Position numbers and translations under genes: made by a program
The notes under the pieces: model-generated
What the model saw: the letters and a program-made list of their open reading frames with translations, nothing else
What the model was told of the DNA's origin: nothing
The model's database searches: none
Source: Octopus bimaculoides
Taxonomy: Eukaryota
DNA length: 64,000 nt
Reading direction: 5' to 3'
Assembly (NCBI RefSeq): GCF_001194135.2
Contig: NC_069005.1
Coordinates: 752,521 to 816,520, forward strand
Shown here: piece after piece, positions 59,864-64,000 of the stretch
How the letters are laid out: each line of letters opens with the position of its first letter
Numbering within the stretch: position 1 is the first letter of the stretch

Positions 59864-60623
59864 TATATTTCTTTATTGCTCACAAGGGGCTAAACATAGA
59901 GGGGACAAACAAGGACAGACAAAGGGATTAAGCCGATTACATCGGCCCCAGTACGTAACTGGTACTTATTTAATCAACACCAAAAGGATGAAAGGCAGAG
60001 TCGACCCCGGCGAAATTTGAATTCAGAACGTAACAGCACATGAAATACCGCTCAGCATTTCACCTGCTAACGTTTCTGTATTTCGATGGCGACAAGGAAC
60101 TTTAACTTGTAGCAGAACAACACATCCCAAACATCATCGACTTTTCAGTTTCCTCGTCGCTGTCGATATTCCTCGCTTCAATATATACACACATATACAA
60201 TGGATACACACACGCTACTAATCAACAGAAGGCTTTGGTAGAAGACCCTTCCTAAAGGTACCGTGCAGTGGGACGAAGCCCAGTGGTGTGTGGCTGTGAA
60301 ACGAACTTCTTAATGACACACCCAAGCCTTTCTAGAATTATGATTTAAGCCATCTGCTGAGTAGACTCAGATGGGAGAAGTGTGAAACCTATTTGCTACC
60401 AAGGGAAGGCGACATATAACAGGCGAAACTCAGTACGGGAGGGTCCCTTCATCCCGTTTCCTTGCCCACCAAATACACTTAACAACTTACCTGAATCTTG
60501 AAAGATGATTCCGTATCCAACATTTAAGACCCAACAACAAAATCCGAAAATAGCAGCAGCACCGGCGAAGACAATATACAAGAGAAGGTTTTCGTAGCGT
60601 TGAGAGAAACTGGACGACGCCAT
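55070..60623 (-). CDS. TMEM19: Transmembrane protein 19 (DUF92 family), 6 coding exons, 339 aa
   Basis: Exons 60623-60491, 59662-59552, 58760-58623, 56287-56033, 55896-55681, 55236-55070 sum to 1020 nt in one frame. Motifs GGQRNWVQVVCNG, ACSCGDTFASEFG, PRLITTLRKVPRGTNGAVS, IDSLLGATVQYSG, LLNNHAINLLSS. Confidence 0.96.
55681..55896 (-). CDS. TMEM19: TMEM19 exon 5
   Basis: GTNGAVSFVGLLCSALGG...FIDSLLGATVQYS G|GTACGT. Confidence 0.95.
56033..56287 (-). CDS. TMEM19: TMEM19 exon 4
   Basis: GGQRNWVQVVCNGG...GDTFASEFG...KVPR G|GTAAGG. Confidence 0.96.
56551..56590 (-). ncRNA. Degenerate minimal type I hammerhead motif
   Basis: Minus strand GGC-C-ATGACGA-AGGG(AAATAG)CCCT-GAAAC(TCGA)GTC^GCC; C3 replaced by A, 3-bp stem I. 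Confidence 0.55.
57005..57403. repeat. Two ~96-bp direct repeats (57005-57100, 57308-57403), period 303 bp
   Basis: taaaaattaatataag(c/g)agctaag(c/t)gcaatataaaa...aatttaatcatcac...gaatagc.cctata occurs twice, roughly 80% identical by eye. Confidence 0.85.
57185..57228 (-). ncRNA. Degenerate minimal type I hammerhead motif inside a 303-bp-period repeat
   Basis: Minus strand CACCG-CTTGGGA-GTCTG(AAATTAA)CAGAC-GAAAC(TA)GTT^CAGTG; two core mismatches, stem I 4/5. Confidence 0.45.
57412..58510 (-). mobile_element. 5'-truncated RTE LINE spanning an assembly gap (TMEM19 intron 3)
   Basis: LRTAMLHDSETWAVTAEDIRKLARNEASMLRWMCNV...LREKLNIRSISCGVQ (RTE RT C-terminus), then 3'UTR and (GAT)n tail at ~57412. 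Confidence 0.88.
58623..58760 (-). CDS. TMEM19: TMEM19 exon 3
   Basis: ALFVGFLMISANICFATSLIVFFFTASSATKFRSSKKRSFEENFKE G|GTAGGT. Confidence 0.94.
59552..59662 (-). CDS. TMEM19: TMEM19 exon 2
   Basis: GYEAVTPWRWIASTVSPVLLASVAFHRKSLNTSGAFS G|GTTCGT. Confidence 0.93.
59870..60075 (-). mobile_element. Second-family tRNA-derived SINE, near full length
   Basis: Reverse complement of the 42501 family, including the 3' ...ccctttgtctgtccttgtttgtcccc.. region. Confidence 0.75.
60491..60623 (-). CDS. TMEM19: TMEM19 exon 1
   Basis: MASSSFSQRYENLLLYIVFAG...IIFQDS G|GTAAGT. Confidence 0.88.
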
Positions 60624-61971
60624 CTTATTAAATACATGTAAAGATGGTCTTTCTTTCGTGTATATAAGTAAACCTTTGCAGACTGATCAGTCAAAACAAC
60701 GAAATAAGAAACAATGTGTGAAACTTTATAAATTACGTATTTATGTTTTTGATGCATGGATCAAAAAAATTATTATAAAAAAAATAAAATTTATTATACG
60801 AAGCTATTTTTGATGACTGAGTATAACGAAGTTCGAGGAAGTTAAAGGGAAAGAATCTTAACTGGAAAGATCGCTCGGTCCCGGTCGCAAGATTTCAATG
60901 AGGCATTCAAGGAGAATAGCGTCCAAAATTATTATTTAAAAAAAAAATTTTCTTTCAAGCGAGTGTGTTTTAAACATTGTAGTTTACGAGCCAAAAATAG
61001 ATAAATAGAAATAAATTGGTTGTTGGGAGGGAGGATTTTTTCGTTCTGACTATTTTTCAGATCTATATTACGTATATTAAAAAAGATATAATCTCAGATA
61101 TTTAAACCATAAACATGGACTCCTTCTGCCCTAAGGAGACACGCTTTTATTATAATTCTGTTCTTATCTTGGATGCCTTGTGAGAACAAGAAGGCACTTT
61201 CCACTTCTTCCTCCTCCTTATCATCATCATCATCATCACTTACGTCTGCTTTCCATGCTGGCATGGGTTGTCACAGTCCAAGCGAGTTCTAATTCATAGG
61301 ATCATGTCTCACATGCACAATTTATGTTTGATGTGCTTTCTATGCCTTGATACCTTTCCTAAGATCCGCCCTTAGGTGCTATGATATAAAACACTTTACA
61401 AAGAGCAAGCATCATCATCATCATCATCATTACCTTCATGGCACCAGCACAAGAGAGGTTAACTTGCCTTTCACAAGTTGAGGCTCCTTGCTTCGTTTGC
61501 CACCCACTTTGCACAATGTACATTTTATAGGGGCAGAATTATGCATTTTATCATGGCATTTTTCATCTTCATCACCATCCCTACCCTCCTTACTCTCATC
61601 ATCATCATCATCTTGTAATTTATGAATACATCAATGAAATTCTATCAAAACAGCTGTAGTAAATTTTAACCACCATTTCTGTTCTTCTTTTTATATATAC
61701 ATATGTATATATGTATATATGGGTGTGTATGTATTTGTGTGTACCATTGACCTGGCATCACTCATCCATGTTATGGAAGCAATGATGTCCATTTCCAATC
61801 TTTCATGAAAGACATGTCTAGCCATGGAGAAATACTTGCTTGGGAAAAAAACAGGTGACAGGAAAGTAATATGGCCATGGGAAATGTGCCTCAATGAATT
61901 CCTTCTTGCTTTTCTAAACATGGGAAAATGGACGTAAAAATGGCGATGATGATAATGATGAATAGTGATGA

Positions 61972-62061
61972 TGACGACAACGACAATGCCGATGATAATG
62001 TTGATGATGATGATGGTGACGACAACGACAATGCCGATGATAATGTTGATGATGATGATGG
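61972..62061. repeat. Perfect 45-bp tandem duplication in a (GAT)n retroposon tail
   Basis: tgacgacaacgacaatgccgatgataatgttgatgatgatgatgg x2. Confidence 0.9.
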
Positions 62062-62453
62062 TGATTTTGTATTTATACTTGGAATCTATGCTATGATGTA
62101 TGGAGGGCGTTTGTACTAGAGAAAATACAAAAAAAAAAACAGCAAAAACAATCCAGGGAAATAAAACATATTTTATTTCATCTCATCTCTTTTCATTTTT
62201 AAATTTTCACCCACAAAACAAATTCTTTCCCCAAAATTAGATAATGACCAAAATTTTCTGTCATTGTTTTTCACTTTCTCCATTGTATAAAGTTTCTATG
62301 ACACAAAAGTTCTACATACGTCAAACGAGACTTCGGTTAGATGTAATGACACAAAAGTGCAATGATTCAAAGCTATTTAATTAATTTATATTGCCTTTAA
62401 TAAATTGGTATATTGGTAGAATTGTGTGTATGTATATACAACTATATATATAC

Positions 62454-62454
<1 letters not shown>

Positions 62455-62531
<77 letters not shown>
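62455..62531. repeat. (TA)n microsatellite (one of many; several N gaps are flanked by (TA)n or poly-G/C)
   Basis: Uninterrupted AT dinucleotide run. Confidence 0.95.
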
Positions 62532-62535
<4 letters not shown>

Positions 62536-62539
62536 GATG

Positions 62540-62700
62540 CATGGCTCAGTGGTTAGAGCGTTGATCTTACGACTGTTATGTTGTAAGTTTGAATCCCGGA
62601 CCGGGATGCGTGTTGTGTTCTTAAGTAAGACACTTTATTTCAAGTTGCTCCAGTTCACTCAGCTGTAGAAATGAGTTGCGATGTCATTGGCGCCAAGCTG
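62540..62700 (+). mobile_element. Third tRNA-derived SINE family
   Basis: gcatggctcagtggttagagcg..gtttgaatccc..ttgtgttcttaagtaagacacttt; related copy at 8560-8675(-). Confidence 0.7.
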
Positions 62701-62806
62701 AATCTCTTAGAGATCATTAAATAATATACACATTTGATTAATTAGTTGTTATTTTTTATTAAACCTTTTAAAAAATAAAATAAAAAACGGAGGGAACTTA
62801 GTTAAC

Positions 62807-62854
<48 letters not shown>

Positions 62855-62855
<1 letters not shown>

Positions 62856-63662
62856 CCAAGTCAGTAGCAGAGGAGGATGCTCTGAGAGCATAGCTGTGAG
62901 AATAAGAATAGGCTGTGCAAAGTTCAGAGAGCTCCTACCTCTGCTGGTAACAACGGGCCTCTTGTTCAGAGTGAAAGGCAAACTCTATGATGCCTGTGTG
63001 TAAATAGTCATGCTACATAGCATTGAAGCATGGGATCTGACTGCCAAAGAACATGTGTAGGCTTGAAAGAAATGAAGCTGGTATGCTTTGCAAGATGTGC
63101 AATGTCAGTGCGCACGTATGACACAGTGTAAGCGTCGTGAGAGAAAAACTGGGCATAAGAGGCATCAGATGTGGTATGCAAGAGAGATGACTGCGCTGGT
63201 TGGCCATGTGATGCATATGGACGAGGACAGCTGTGTAAAAAAGTACTGATTTCTACATGTGGAAGAAACCTGTGGAAAAGGTAGATCTAGGAAGACATGG
63301 TGGTGAAGCGTAATGTCCAAACGTTGGACCTCACTGAGGCAATGATATAACACGCTTGAGATATAACACGCTTGAGAAGACTCATGAAGCCAAGTGAAAT
63401 TGTAGCTGTGGCTGGTGCTGGTGACATGTAGCAGCATCCGTGCCAGTCTCACATAATGGCACCCATGCCAATGACATGTAAAGTGTACCCATTACACTCT
63501 TGGAGTGGTTGGTGTCAGGAAGGGCATCCAGCCATAGAAACCATTCCAAATCAGACTGGAACCTAGTGCAACTCTCGGGCTTACCAGCTCTGATCAAACC
63601 ATCCAACCCATGCCAGCATGGAAAGCAGATGTTAAACAATGATGATGATGACGATGATGATA
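62855..63662 (+). mobile_element. 5'-truncated, decayed RTE LINE with (GAT)n tail
   Basis: GGCSESIAVRIRIGCAKFRELLPLL...RVKGKLYDACV...RLERNE..GRSRKTW; stops and frameshifts; 16-bp tandem duplication atataacacgcttgag. Confidence 0.88.
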
Positions 63663-63832
63663 TATGTTATTGTACACACACACATACATGTAAATACTTA
63701 TACATTCATACATACATGCACGCATAAACAAATGCGCACAGACACACACACACATACTCTCCTTCTCTCTCACACTATTTTCATCTTCTTTCCCTTTCTC
63801 TTTACTCTCACCTTTTCTATCTCCCAGCTCTT

Positions 63833-63877
<45 letters not shown>

Positions 63878-64000
63878 CCTATCTCTATCTCTCACTTCTA
63901 TTTAGTGGCTCCACTTGACCACAGTCACCCCCACCACCACCATATTCACATAACTCAAATTTTCACTGTATTCATCTATAACCTATTGTGTTATTTAATT

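Noticed and set aside
61928-62119. Asp-rich 63-aa ORF (DDDNDNADDNVDDDD)
   Set aside because: Translation of an expanded (GAT)n retroposon tail with a 45-bp duplication; no splice or homology support.
1-64000. CRISPR arrays, rRNA genes, operons, U12-type (AT-AC or GTATCCTT) introns
   Set aside because: None seen; the sequence is eukaryotic and all reconstructed introns are ordinary GT-AG.

Overview
Eukaryotic, AT-rich, gap-containing scaffold segment. Its repeats (RTE LINEs with (GAT)n tails, tRNA-derived SINEs, dense TA/CA microsatellites) point to an octopus genome; the species is an inference. Four spliced housekeeping genes lie in tandem on the minus strand: TMEM19 (6 exons, complete), an ethanolamine kinase ETNK (8 exons, complete), ACSS3 (17 exons, 5' end of exon 5 in a gap) and SETD6 (5' part; one exon probably in a gap, the rest beyond the left edge). 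I rebuilt the exons by hand with GT-AG boundaries and consistent phases. Introns and intergenic DNA hold decayed RTE, CR1/L2-like, CRE-like and Penelope-like retroelements, a Gypsy-like fragment, Tc1/mariner, pogo-like and piggyBac-like elements, a possible Helitron relic, SINEs and fold-back MITEs. The most interesting signal is three minimal type I hammerhead-ribozyme-like motifs with palindromic stem III. One has an intact core (SETD6 intron, antisense). Two are degenerate (TMEM19 intron 3, sense), and one of those lies inside a ~303-bp-period direct repeat resembling a Penelope pLTR or retrozyme unit. No CRISPR array, rRNA or bona fide tRNA gene was seen.
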